Below are positions 8,195 through 16,966 of a stretch of 20,000 nt of DNA, piece after piece. The notes beneath the pieces were generated by a model. The model searched no databases. It was given only the letters and a program-made list of their open reading frames with translations, and was not told where the DNA came from. This DNA is from Acidimicrobiia bacterium (GTDB lineage: Bacteria; Actinomycetota; Acidimicrobiia; Spongiisociales; JAHEDJ01), in contig JARGFH010000012.1 of the NCBI GenBank assembly GCA_029210695.1, positions 45,246-65,245 of the forward strand, in the 5' to 3' direction. Numbering within the stretch: position 1 is the first letter of the stretch; the number at the start of each line of letters is the position of its first letter. The position numbers were made by a program, and so were the translations under genes.

Positions 8195-8401
8195 GGGGAC
8201 ATTCTGCACCATGCGGCGGGCACCGAGATCAAATGCCTGGCATACCGATGTTGCGCCACCCATCATCAACGCCCCAACGTGTCCTCACAAAGGGCCGAAT
8301 TAGAGCCGACGACTCATGTACATAGGGTGGTCTCTGTGCCACCTTATGTAACGCGCGGGCTATTGCTGCGACTTAGCCTGGGACGCACAAGGAGGGCGCA
8401 A

Positions 8402-8977
8402 GTGTTGGAAGGCATGCTGGAGCGGATGTGGGAACGGGACGAGGCGCTCGCCCGTCACGGATTCCGGGTTGCTACCTTCGCGACGGCCCTCGCCCAACAC
8501 CTCGATGCCCCTCCGGAGATGATCGACCGTCTCCGCATCGCAGCCATGATCCACGATATCGGAAAACTCCGACTCGACCCGCTCATCATCGCCAAGCCGG
8601 GACCGCTCAACGAAGCGGAGTGGCACGAGATGCGCAAACACCCAGAGCATGGGTTCGAGATGGTGAAGGGATACGTCCATCCAGATATCTGCGGAGTCCT
8701 GCTTGCCCACCACGAACGCTACGACGGCGTCGGCTACCCGTTCAATCGGGCCGGCACCGACATCCCCCGTGGTGCCCGCATTCTCCTCGTCGCCGACGCC
8801 TTCGACGCGATGACCAGCGACCGGCCGTACCAGCCGCCGATGCCCATCGCCGACGCCCTGAGAGAACTCGAGGAAAACGCAGGATCGCAATTCGACCCCA
8901 ACGTGGTCGAGGCGATGCTGGACTTGTCCGCCAACGGGCGGCTCCGGACCGCTCACGCGGTCAAGATCTCCGCCTGA
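8402..8977 (+). CDS. Stand-alone HD-GYP domain phosphodiesterase (about 191 aa; start uncertain, could be up to about 8327)
   Basis: RHGFRV, HDIGK, HPEHG, HHERYDGVGYP, VADAFDAMTSDRPY and GSQFDP motifs. AAGGAGG at 8389-8395 precedes the GTG at 8402. Confidence 0.88.
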   Translation: MLEGMLERMWERDEALARHGFRVATFATALAQHLDAPPEMIDRLRIAAMIHDIGKLRLDPLIIAKPGPLNEAEWHEMRKHPEHGFEMVKGYVHPDICGVLLAHHERYDGVGYPFNRAGTDIPRGARILLVADAFDAMTSDRPYQPPMPIADALRELEENAGSQFDPNVVEAMLDLSANGRLRTAHAVKISA

Positions 8978-9010
8978 TACCACCCGACCCCGAGGCGTAG
9001 CCACCAGCAG

Positions 9011-9119
9011 TTTCTGCGCAATGCAATGTATTGCCACGCGCCACAGCATTGCGGAGAAACAGCGCGGGGTTTTCTGCGCAATGCAATGTCTTGCCACGCG
9101 CCACAGCATTGCGGAGAAA
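9011..9119. repeat. Two tandem 49-bp imperfect palindromes (REP-like), 60-bp period
   Basis: 9011-9059 and 9071-9119 differ at one base: TTTCTGCGCAATGCAATGT[A/C]TTGCCACGCGCCACAGCATTGCGGAGAAA. Each has 14-bp inverted ends with one mismatch. Confidence 0.9.
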
Positions 9120-9122
9120 ATA

Positions 9123-9144
9123 CGTCGGTGGGGGTCGCTACCGT
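9123..9144 (+). promoter_or_regulatory. PafBC/RecA-NDp-like promoter for leaderless lhr
   Basis: CGTCGG-TGGGGGTCGC-TACCGT (consensus TGTCGG-N10-TANNNT, one mismatch), followed after 6 nt by the GTG at 9151. Confidence 0.7.
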
Positions 9145-9150
9145 GACGGC

Positions 9151-12100
9151 GTGCTGGATCTGTTCTCCCCTGCAACGCGAGCATGGTTTGAGGCATCGTT
9201 CGCGGCGCCCACCGATGCACAACGAGACGGCTGGCCGGCCATCGCAGACGGCCGGCATACGCTCATCCACGCCCCGACCGGGTCCGGCAAGACCCTGGCC
9301 GCCTTCCTCTGGACCCTCGACCGCATCCTCCACGAACCAATCCCTCCCGCCAAGGAACGTTGCAGGGTCCTTTACATCTCTCCCCTCAAGGCACTCGCCT
9401 ACGACATCGATCGCAACCTCCGGGCACCGCTGATTGGAATCCAGCATGCAGCCCGGCGCCTGGGCCTCGATCCCCTGCCGGACATAACGACGTTCATCCG
9501 CACCGGCGACACTCCTGCAGACGAACGACGGCGGATGGAGCGGCACCCGCCCGATGTTCTCATCACGACTCCCGAGTCTCTCTACCTTCTCTTGACCTCC
9601 CAGGCCCGGGCTGCCCTTCGCTCGGTGCGATGGGTGATCGTCGACGAGGTCCATGCAGTCGCCGGCACCAAGCGCGGGACCCATCTGGCTCTGTCCCTGG
9701 AACGCCTCGAGGAGATCACAGCCATCTCACCGCAACGCATCGGCCTCTCAGCCACCCAGCGCCCTCTGGAAGTGATCGGATCGTTCCTCGGCGGTGGGAC
9801 TGTCGATGGAGGTACGTGGACACCCCGTCCCGTGCATCTGATCGACGTCCCGGGCGACAAGGCGCTCGAACTCGAGCTGGTAGTGCCGGTCGAAGACATG
9901 ACCGCCGTCACCGTGACGCCACCCACCCCCCTGGGCGTGTACGACGGCCCTGCACAACTCCCACCGGCCAGAACATCGGTGTGGACGGCTATTTACCCAA
10001 CTCTCCTCGAGCACATTCGTAGCCACCAGTCGACGATCGTGTTCGCCAACAGCAGAAGGCTCGCCGAGCGTATTTGTGACGAACTCAACCGCCTCGCCGG
10101 CGAAGAGGTAGCCAGGGCACACCACGGATCCGTGTCCCGCGAGCAGCGGGTCCAGATCGAGGAGATGCTCAAGAAGGGTGAACTCCCGGCAGTCGTAGCA
10201 ACATCCTCACTGGAACTCGGCATCGACATGGGCGCCGTCGATCTCGTCCTGCAGATCGAATCGCCCACCTCCGTCGCCAGCGGGCTTCAGCGGGTCGGCC
10301 GGGCCGGCCACCAGGTTGGGGCGGCTTCCCGCGCCAAGATCTTCCCTAAGTACCGGGGGGACCTCCTGGTCGCCACCGTCGTGGTCGACCGCATGCTCGA
10401 GCGCGCGGTTGAGTCGACCCGGATCCCGCGCAGCCCGCTCGACGTCCTGGCGCAGCACATCGTGGCGATGGCCGCCAAGGACGAATGGGGTGTTGACGAA
10501 CTGTTCTCACTAGTGCGACGCGCCGCACCTTATGCCGAACTCGGACGTGGCCCATTCGAGGCGGTACTCGACATGCTCTCGGGTCGATACCCATCTGAGC
10601 TCTTCTCCGATTTGCGCCCTCGAATCGACTGGGATCGCGTCGCCAACACCATCGTGGGTCGTCCGGGTGCCCTGCAATTGGCAGTACAGAATCCGGGCAC
10701 GATCCCCGACCGTGGCCTCTATACCGTGCACCTTCCTGATGGCGCCAGGGTTGGCGAACTCGATGAGGAGATGGTCTACGAGTCGAGAGTGGGCGACGTC
10801 TTCATCCTGGGCGCGTCCACCTGGCGAATCAACGAGATCACCGCCGACCGGGTCGAGGTCGTTCCTGCTCCCGGAGAGTCGGGCGCAACGATGCCTTTCT
10901 GGCACGGGGACATGCTCGGGAGAACAATCGAGACGGGACGTGCGCTCGGAGAATTCACTCGCGTCGTCGGCGCCCTCGACCGCCCCGAAGCCGAACGCAC
11001 GCTCGCCGACCGGTACCACCTCGATGAATTGGCCGCTTCGAACCTCGCCGGATACCTGCAGGAAGAACTCGAAGCAACGGGCCACCTCCCCTCGGACGAA
11101 ACGATCGTCGTCGAACGCTTCCGCGACGAGATCGGGGATTGGCGGTTGGTCTTGCTTTCGCCGTTCGGCGCCAGAGTGCATGCGCCGTGGGCAATGGCGC
11201 TCACCGGCCGGTTTCGTCAGACACTCGGCCGCCAGGTCGACGTCATCTGGGGCGACGACGGCATCGCACTCCGGTTTCCCGACCAGGACGACATTCCGAC
11301 CGCGGCGGATCTGCTGATCGATCCGGACGAAATCGAAGCCGAGCTGGTGGATCACCTGGCGGACTCAGCCATGTTCGCCGCTCGCTTCAGGGAGGCGGCG
11401 GCGCGATCGCTCCTGCTCCCGCGCCGCCGGCCCGGCAAACGGACGCCACTGTGGCTCCAGCGAAGGCGGGCCGGCAATCTGCTGGGGGTAGTGCGCCAAT
11501 TCGGATCGTTCCCCATCGTTCTCGAGACCTACCGGGAGATCCTCCAGGACGACTTCGATGTTCCGGCACTGATCGAGCTGCTCGGTGAACTCCGCTCGCG
11601 GGCGATCCGTGTTGTTGAGGTAGAGCTAGATTCCCCCAGTCCCTTCGCCTCCTCTCTCCTCTTCGAGTTCGTCGCCTCTTTCTTGTATGAGGGTGACACG
11701 CCTCTGGCCGAACGCAGGGCGGCCGCCCTCACCCTCGACCGCCAGCTCCTGGGCGAACTGCTCGGTGAGGGAGAACTTCGCCAGCTGCTGTCGCGCGATG
11801 TCATCGCGACCATCGAGTTGGAGCTGCAACGCCTTGCTCCGGGGTATCAGGCAACCGGCGCCTCCGGAGCGCACGACCTTCTCCGCCAGCTCGGTCCATT
11901 GACGGCCGACGAGCTCACCGCCCGCCTCACAGACGATGATCCGGTACCGCTCCTGGCGGATCTCCAATCCAGGAACCAGGTCATCCCGATCCAACACGGT
12001 GGCATCGGTCGCTGGGCTGCCATCGAAGACGCAGGGCGGCTGCGAGACGCCATCGGGGTCCAACCTCCGGTTGGAGTTCCGCATGTGTTCCTGGATCCGG

Positions 12101-13524
12101 TTGAAGACCCGCTCGGCGACGTGGTTGCCCGCTATGCCAGGACCCACGGGCCGTTCTCGACAGAAGCGGCGTCAACCGCGCTCGGCCTGCCAACCGCGGT
12201 TGTCGCCACCGCCCTGGCGAAGCTCGAGGAATCCGGACGGGCGGCCAGGGGCGCCTTCCGGGCGGAAGGCTCTGAGCGGGAATGGGTTGACACCGAAGTG
12301 CTTCGGAGGATCAAGCGACGCTCGCTGGCAGCCCTTCGCTCGGAGATCGAACCGGTGGATCCTGCGGCCATGGCCGCATTCGCCCTCACCTGGCACGGCG
12401 TTGGAGGCGACCGAAGGTCAACCGACCGCCTGGTCGAGACCGTCCACCAGCTGCAGGGGTTTCCACTACCTGCCTCCGTGCTCGAAACCGACATCCTTCC
12501 GGCACGTATGCGATACCAGCCGGCGATGCTCGATCAACTCATGCTGGCCGGGAACATCGTGTGGGTGGGACACGGTTCGCTCGGACCGCGAGATGGGAAA
12601 TTGTCGCTCTACTTCCGTGATCAGCTCTCCAAGCTGGCCCTCCCCCGAACGGTCGATTTCGAGACCACCGCGATGCACGACACCATCCTCGACTTGCTGC
12701 TCCGCCGAGGTGCTTCGTTCTTCCCGGCGATCTATGAGTCGGCCGGTGGCGGCGACCCTGCACTGGTCGGCGAGGCGTTGTGGGATCTCGTCTGGCGCGG
12801 ACTGGTCACGAACGACACCCTCGCTCCGGTCCGGTCTCTTGCGGCCCGCAAGCGCACCGCCGCCCGGCGCGGAACACGGTCCCCGACCTTTGCGCCCTCC
12901 ACCACCGGACGCTGGTGGTTGGTCTCCGAGGCGGTGGACGACAATATCCCGGACACGCTCAAGAGCGCAGCCTGGACTGAGGTACTGCTCGAAAGGCACG
13001 GCGTAGTAACCAGGGATGGCACCTCGGCCGAGGCGGTCGCCGGCGGATTCACCCGCTTCTATCCGATCCTTCGTCAGATGGAAGACATCGGAAAGATCCG
13101 GCGCGGCTACTTCGTAGAGGGAATGGGTGGAGCACAGTTTGCCCTGCCGGGAGCAGTCGATCGCCTTCGAGCGGCAAACGACGCCACCCGGGCCCTAGCC
13201 GCCACAGATCCGGCCAACCTCTATGGAGCGGCCATCCCCTGGCCCGACCATCCGCTTGCCCGTCCCGCACGATCGGCGGTCTCATGGGTCGTCATCGCAT
13301 CCGGGGCACTCGTGGCGTATGTGGATCGCCGGCGCCTCTTTACCTACGGCACCGTCGATGCCCCAACCGCACGGGCCATCGAGCAGATCGGGAGGCGGCG
13401 AGGACGAATGACCATCAACGAGATCGACGGCGAGGCATCGGCGCTCACCCCACTCGGAACCCTCCTCCAGGATTACGGGTTCGCAATGACCCCGCGTGGC
13501 CTGGCCTATCGGGGAAACAAGTAG
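9151..13524 (+). CDS. lhr: Lhr-family SF2 DEAD/H-box helicase, long form with C-terminal domain (1457 aa)
   Basis: APTGSGKT, YISPLKAL, RTGDT, ITTPESLYL, DEVH, GLSAT, HHGS, ATSSLELGIDMG, QRVGRAGH, GELDEEMVYESR and RRGYFVEGMGGAQFA motifs. The N-terminus VLDLFSPATRAWF at 9151 is a typical Lhr start. Confidence 0.96.
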   Translation: MLDLFSPATRAWFEASFAAPTDAQRDGWPAIADGRHTLIHAPTGSGKTLAAFLWTLDRILHEPIPPAKERCRVLYISPLKALAYDIDRNLRAPLIGIQHAARRLGLDPLPDITTFIRTGDTPADERRRMERHPPDVLITTPESLYLLLTSQARAALRSVRWVIVDEVHAVAGTKRGTHLALSLERLEEITAISPQRIGLSATQRPLEVIGSFLGGGTVDGGTWTPRPVHLIDVPGDKALELELVVPVEDMTAVTVTPPTPLGVYDGPAQLPPARTSVWTAIYPTLLEHIRSHQSTIVFANSRRLAERICDELNRLAGEEVARAHHGSVSREQRVQIEEMLKKGELPAVVATSSLELGIDMGAVDLVLQIESPTSVASGLQRVGRAGHQVGAASRAKIFPKYRGDLLVATVVVDRMLERAVESTRIPRSPLDVLAQHIVAMAAKDEWGVDELFSLVRRAAPYAELGRGPFEAVLDMLSGRYPSELFSDLRPRIDWDRVANTIVGRPGALQLAVQNPGTIPDRGLYTVHLPDGARVGELDEEMVYESRVGDVFILGASTWRINEITADRVEVVPAPGESGATMPFWHGDMLGRTIETGRALGEFTRVVGALDRPEAERTLADRYHLDELAASNLAGYLQEELEATGHLPSDETIVVERFRDEIGDWRLVLLSPFGARVHAPWAMALTGRFRQTLGRQVDVIWGDDGIALRFPDQDDIPTAADLLIDPDEIEAELVDHLADSAMFAARFREAAARSLLLPRRRPGKRTPLWLQRRRAGNLLGVVRQFGSFPIVLETYREILQDDFDVPALIELLGELRSRAIRVVEVELDSPSPFASSLLFEFVASFLYEGDTPLAERRAAALTLDRQLLGELLGEGELRQLLSRDVIATIELELQRLAPGYQATGASGAHDLLRQLGPLTADELTARLTDDDPVPLLADLQSRNQVIPIQHGGIGRWAAIEDAGRLRDAIGVQPPVGVPHVFLDPVEDPLGDVVARYARTHGPFSTEAASTALGLPTAVVATALAKLEESGRAARGAFRAEGSEREWVDTEVLRRIKRRSLAALRSEIEPVDPAAMAAFALTWHGVGGDRRSTDRLVETVHQLQGFPLPASVLETDILPARMRYQPAMLDQLMLAGNIVWVGHGSLGPRDGKLSLYFRDQLSKLALPRTVDFETTAMHDTILDLLLRRGASFFPAIYESAGGGDPALVGEALWDLVWRGLVTNDTLAPVRSLAARKRTAARRGTRSPTFAPSTTGRWWLVSEAVDDNIPDTLKSAAWTEVLLERHGVVTRDGTSAEAVAGGFTRFYPILRQMEDIGKIRRGYFVEGMGGAQFALPGAVDRLRAANDATRALAATDPANLYGAAIPWPDHPLARPARSAVSWVVIASGALVAYVDRRRLFTYGTVDAPTARAIEQIGRRRGRMTINEIDGEASALTPLGTLLQDYGFAMTPRGLAYRGNK

Positions 13525-13526
13525 TA

Positions 13527-13814
13527 CTACGTCTGATCGCCCAGGGCACGAAGCTGATCGAACGTGAAGATACCGGTATGGTGCCCGTCCGGACTGAACG
13601 TGAAGTTGATGCCGTAGCTTCCGACCAATCGCGCTTCGGCGATCGTGGTCGCCATGACCAGCCTGATCCTTCCCTGCTCAGACTGAGTTGCGCAGTCCGC
13701 ACAGGTACAGGCGTCTCTGAGTTGACGAGCCGTGAGTGTCTGATTCGCTCCGCCGGGCCAATCAACGACGACACGGGCGCCATCCTCGATCTCGATTCGT
13801 TCCGGCGTCTCCAC
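13527..13814 (-). CDS. DUF971 / gamma-butyrobetaine hydroxylase-like N-terminal metal-binding domain protein (about 95 aa; alternative TTG start at 13823)
   Basis: LRDACTCADC and VGSYGINFTFSPDGHHTGIFTFDQLR motifs. Confidence 0.85.
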   Translation of the reverse strand: METPERIEIEDGARVVVDWPGGANQTLTARQLRDACTCADCATQSEQGRIRLVMATTIAEARLVGSYGINFTFSPDGHHTGIFTFDQLRALGDQT

Positions 13815-13841
13815 GGCCGACAACGCTAGTACCGTGCCGGC

Positions 13842-15041
13842 ATGACCTCACACACCATCACGGTCCGGGCAGGACATCCGGACTTCCTCGATCTCGAGTG
13901 GGATCGTTCGATCGTTGAATGGTCGACCGATCGTATCGTTGACCTCCCGAAGGGCATCTCCCGGCACGAGGTGCGATTCGTCGTCTACGCGGAAGGGACG
14001 TACGTCGTCAAAGAACTCCCGCGCCGGGCGGCCCGGCGCGACTACACGGTGCTGCGTGAACTGGAGGGCACCGGCGTCAAGGCGGTTCTTCCTGTCGGGC
14101 TGGTCGAGGATCGGTCGGATGATCCAAACGATGAGCGCTCGGCCGCCCTCATCACCCGCTACGCCGATTTCTCTTTCTCCTATCGCGAACTCCTCGAAGG
14201 ACCGGGGTTTGGTCCCCGCCGCAAGCAGATGCTCGACGCCTTCGCCTGGCTGCTGGTCGAGTTGCACCTCATCGGGTGTTTCTGGGGCGACTGCTCTCTT
14301 TCGAACGTCCTCTATCGATACGACGCCGATGCCATCGAGACCATCATGGTCGACGCGGAGACGGCCGAACTCCACGATGAACTGAGCGAAGGCCGTCGCC
14401 TCGAGGACCTGCAAATCATGATCGAGAACGTCGCAGGCGGTATGGCCGACATCGCAGCACTCCAGGGTTTCGACATCGACGAGGCCGACTACGAACTCGG
14501 CGAGGATGTGGCAGCTCGCTATCTGGCCTTGTGGACTGAAGTCAATCAGGAACTCGTGATTCCGCGTGATGAGCGCTTCCGCATTCGCGAACGAATCGAA
14601 CGTCTCAATGATCTCGGCGTTACGGTCGACGAGGTAGAGCTCATCCCGGTCGGGGAAGAGCAGCATATGAAGGTGCACATCAAGATCGGAGTTCGGGATT
14701 TCCATGCCAGGGAGCTGGAAGAACTGACCGGGGTGCGGGCGCTCGAACAGCAAGCGCGCTACATCCTCGGTGATCTCCACTATTTCCAAGCGCTGCAGGC
14801 ACCGGACACGGACCGGGTGATCAACGCCATGAAGTGGCGCGTGCAGGAATTCCGGCCGATGATGAAGCGCCTGCGCGGGGCGACCAAGACCGCCGACCCC
14901 ATCCAGGCGTACTGCGACATTTTGCACCACCGGTACATCTTGTCCAGCCTGGCCGGCCAGGATGTCGGAACGCAAGCCGCCGTCGACGATTGGTTCGCGG
15001 CAGGCGAACCGGGCTATCCGCTCGACACTTCACCGACCTAG
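13842..15041 (+). CDS. DUF4032 domain kinase-like protein (LPS-kinase/Kdo-like fold, 399 aa)
   Basis: PDFLDLEW, LPKGISRHEVRFV, LLVELHLIGCFWGDCSLSNVL, MVDAETAE and ILHHRYILS motifs. TACCGT -10 at 13830-13835 lies 6 nt before the ATG. Confidence 0.88.
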   Translation: MTSHTITVRAGHPDFLDLEWDRSIVEWSTDRIVDLPKGISRHEVRFVVYAEGTYVVKELPRRAARRDYTVLRELEGTGVKAVLPVGLVEDRSDDPNDERSAALITRYADFSFSYRELLEGPGFGPRRKQMLDAFAWLLVELHLIGCFWGDCSLSNVLYRYDADAIETIMVDAETAELHDELSEGRRLEDLQIMIENVAGGMADIAALQGFDIDEADYELGEDVAARYLALWTEVNQELVIPRDERFRIRERIERLNDLGVTVDEVELIPVGEEQHMKVHIKIGVRDFHARELEELTGVRALEQQARYILGDLHYFQALQAPDTDRVINAMKWRVQEFRPMMKRLRGATKTADPIQAYCDILHHRYILSSLAGQDVGTQAAVDDWFAAGEPGYPLDTSPT

Positions 15042-15052
15042 CGGGTCGACAA

Positions 15053-15829
15053 TCAGGTCAGGCTGCCTCCGGCCCCGATGACGCCACCATCAACCGGCAA
15101 GTTGACCCCGGTAATCCAGGAGGCGGCCTCCGAGGCGAGGAATAACACCGCGTTGGCCACATCTTCCGGCTCTCCCAACCTGCCGAGTGGATGGGTCGCG
15201 GCCGCCGCTTCTTCTCCGCCGACCCACAGAGCGGCCGACAAGCGGGTCTTGACGACGGCTGGAGACACCGCGTTCACCCGCACGTTGGGCGCCATTTCAA
15301 AGGCTAGTTGTTGCGTCGTGAAGATCAGTGCTGCCTTCGAAATGTTGTAGGCACCGAGAACCGCAGTCGGGCGCATGCCGCCCACCGAGGCAACGTTGAT
15401 GATCGACCCGCCGTGCTCGTGCATCCACTGATTGAAGGCAGCCCGGGCCCACAGGATGGGACCCAGCTGGTTGACCGACCAGGTCTTTTCGAGAGCTCCG
15501 AGCTCGACGTCTACCAGATTGCCGGCCGCCGGATTGGTACCGGCGTTGTTGACGAGGATGTCGCAGGCCCCGAACGTCTCGATGGCTCCTTTCACCGTCG
15601 ATTCGGCATGCTCTGCATCGTCAGCGCGGGCGACCATCGTGACCAGCCGGTCGCCGAGGCCCGTTGCCGCGCTGATGCTCGTCCGAGCCTCCGCCAGGTT
15701 CTCTTCCCGGCGCCCTGTGATGATGACGCCGCGCGCCCCGCTGTTGAGGAATTCGGTCGCAATCGATTCGCCTATCCCCCGGCTGGCTCCGGTGACCACC
15801 GCTACCTTGTCGTCAATTCGTACATCCAT
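15053..15829 (-). CDS. Short-chain dehydrogenase/reductase (SDR, 258 aa)
   Basis: TGASRGIG, ILVNNAG, catalytic S and YNISK, RVNAVSP and LPVDGG motifs; GAGGAGG RBS. Confidence 0.95.
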   Translation of the reverse strand: MDVRIDDKVAVVTGASRGIGESIATEFLNSGARGVIITGRREENLAEARTSISAATGLGDRLVTMVARADDAEHAESTVKGAIETFGACDILVNNAGTNPAAGNLVDVELGALEKTWSVNQLGPILWARAAFNQWMHEHGGSIINVASVGGMRPTAVLGAYNISKAALIFTTQQLAFEMAPNVRVNAVSPAVVKTRLSAALWVGGEEAAAATHPLGRLGEPEDVANAVLFLASEAASWITGVNLPVDGGVIGAGGSLT

Positions 15830-15858
15830 GTGTTCCTCCTCGGTCGTTCGTTCAGAGT

Positions 15859-16365
15859 TCAGTGGCCACCGCGCCGCACGCCTCCATATTTCATCCGGGT
15901 ATCTCTGACGGAGGCGACGACCGCGTCGGGATCCGGTTGGCCTGCGTCGACGATCTCACCAATGAAGAACGTATGGGTTCCACAATCGACCTCTTTCCAC
16001 AGTTGGAGGTCCATCCACGCAACGGCTTCTTCGAAGATCGGGGAGCCGGTCACACCTGCCCGAATCGCCCGGCCGTTGAGCGTCATGCCCTCTTTGACTG
16101 CCGGTTTCGAGAACTTGACGAACGTCCGGGTGTCCTCGGCCGACCAGAGGTTGATCGAAAAGCACCGACCGTCGGTGATCAAGCGATGGGTCACGGCCTT
16201 CTTGTCGACTCCGATGCCGACCAGAACCGGCTCCATAGCCACCTGCGTTATCCAACTCGTGGTCATTGCGTTCCACTCGTCGCCGGCGTGCGAGCCGACG
16301 AGGGCCAACGCAGTGGGAATGCTCCATGTCACCTTGTTGACGAGTTCCGCCTGTAGGTCCGCCAT
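15859..16365 (-). CDS. Flavin reductase-like family protein (168 aa)
   Basis: NAMTTSWITQVAMEP, FSINL, TGSPIF and DCGTHTFFIGEIV motifs; AGGAGG RBS before the ATG at 16365. Confidence 0.92.
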   Translation of the reverse strand: MADLQAELVNKVTWSIPTALALVGSHAGDEWNAMTTSWITQVAMEPVLVGIGVDKKAVTHRLITDGRCFSINLWSAEDTRTFVKFSKPAVKEGMTLNGRAIRAGVTGSPIFEEAVAWMDLQLWKEVDCGTHTFFIGEIVDAGQPDPDAVVASVRDTRMKYGGVRRGGH

Positions 16366-16429
16366 AGGTCCTCCTGCCATTTCGTGGTATGCCATCGCCT
16401 GGCGTAGCCAGGTCGCCTAATCTTCCCTG

Positions 16430-16963
16430 GTGCATATTCTGATCGCCACCGCCGGTGCTCTTCCCGCCGCCCGTGTCGCGGCTCTGGTCGCCACCCTGGC
16501 CCACGACGAACAGCACGTCTCGGTCATGACGGTCATCGAGGTCCCACTGTCGTTCCTGGACGATCTCGAAACCGGCGAGTGGCGCCCGTTCGACGATGGT
16601 ACCGAAGGTGCCGCCGAGGTCCACACCCAACTCGTCAAACGGTACGTCGAGGAACGCGGGGTCCGCCTGGTCGAACCGGTGGTGGCGGCTTTGCGCACAC
16701 ACGGTATTTCGGCAGACACCATTCTCGAAGAGGGCAGCGACGCCGGTGAAGTGATTGTGCGTGTGGCCGGCGAACGGTCCGCGGACATGATCGTAATGGG
16801 AGCAACCAGACCCATCTTCGATGAGAACGTATGGAGCAGCGTCTCCGTCAAAGTCATGCAGCGGTCTCCCATCCCGCTGGTGTTGGTTCCGGGCGTTTCG
16901 CGAACCTTCGATGACGTTGAACGCGACGAACGGCGCCGTGTGATCGACGAACAGACCGGCTGA
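16430..16963 (+). CDS. Universal stress protein (UspA family, 177 aa)
   Basis: HILIAT N-terminus, ADMIVMGA and SVSVKVMQRSPIPLVLVP motifs. TAATCT -10 at 16418-16423 lies 6 nt before the GTG. Confidence 0.85.
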   Translation: MHILIATAGALPAARVAALVATLAHDEQHVSVMTVIEVPLSFLDDLETGEWRPFDDGTEGAAEVHTQLVKRYVEERGVRLVEPVVAALRTHGISADTILEEGSDAGEVIVRVAGERSADMIVMGATRPIFDENVWSSVSVKVMQRSPIPLVLVPGVSRTFDDVERDERRRVIDEQTG

Positions 16964-16966
16964 GCG

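Noticed and set aside
9011..9119. Possible mini CRISPR array
   Set aside because: Only two 49-bp units with an 11-bp linker, too short for a spacer, and no cas genes in the window.
9031..9150. 40-aa N-terminal extension of Lhr in the ORF track
   Set aside because: It is a translation of the tandem palindrome (PRATALRR twice). The conserved Lhr start and the promoter geometry point to the GTG at 9151.
13521..13530. Perfect palindrome GTAGTACTAC at the lhr/DUF971 junction
   Set aside because: Largely explained by two convergent TAG stop codons 2 nt apart; too short to be a terminator.
13801..13822. TGTCGG on the minus strand as another PafBC-like site
   Set aside because: There is no TANNNT 10 nt downstream (it reads GCCGGA), and it overlaps the DUF971 start region.
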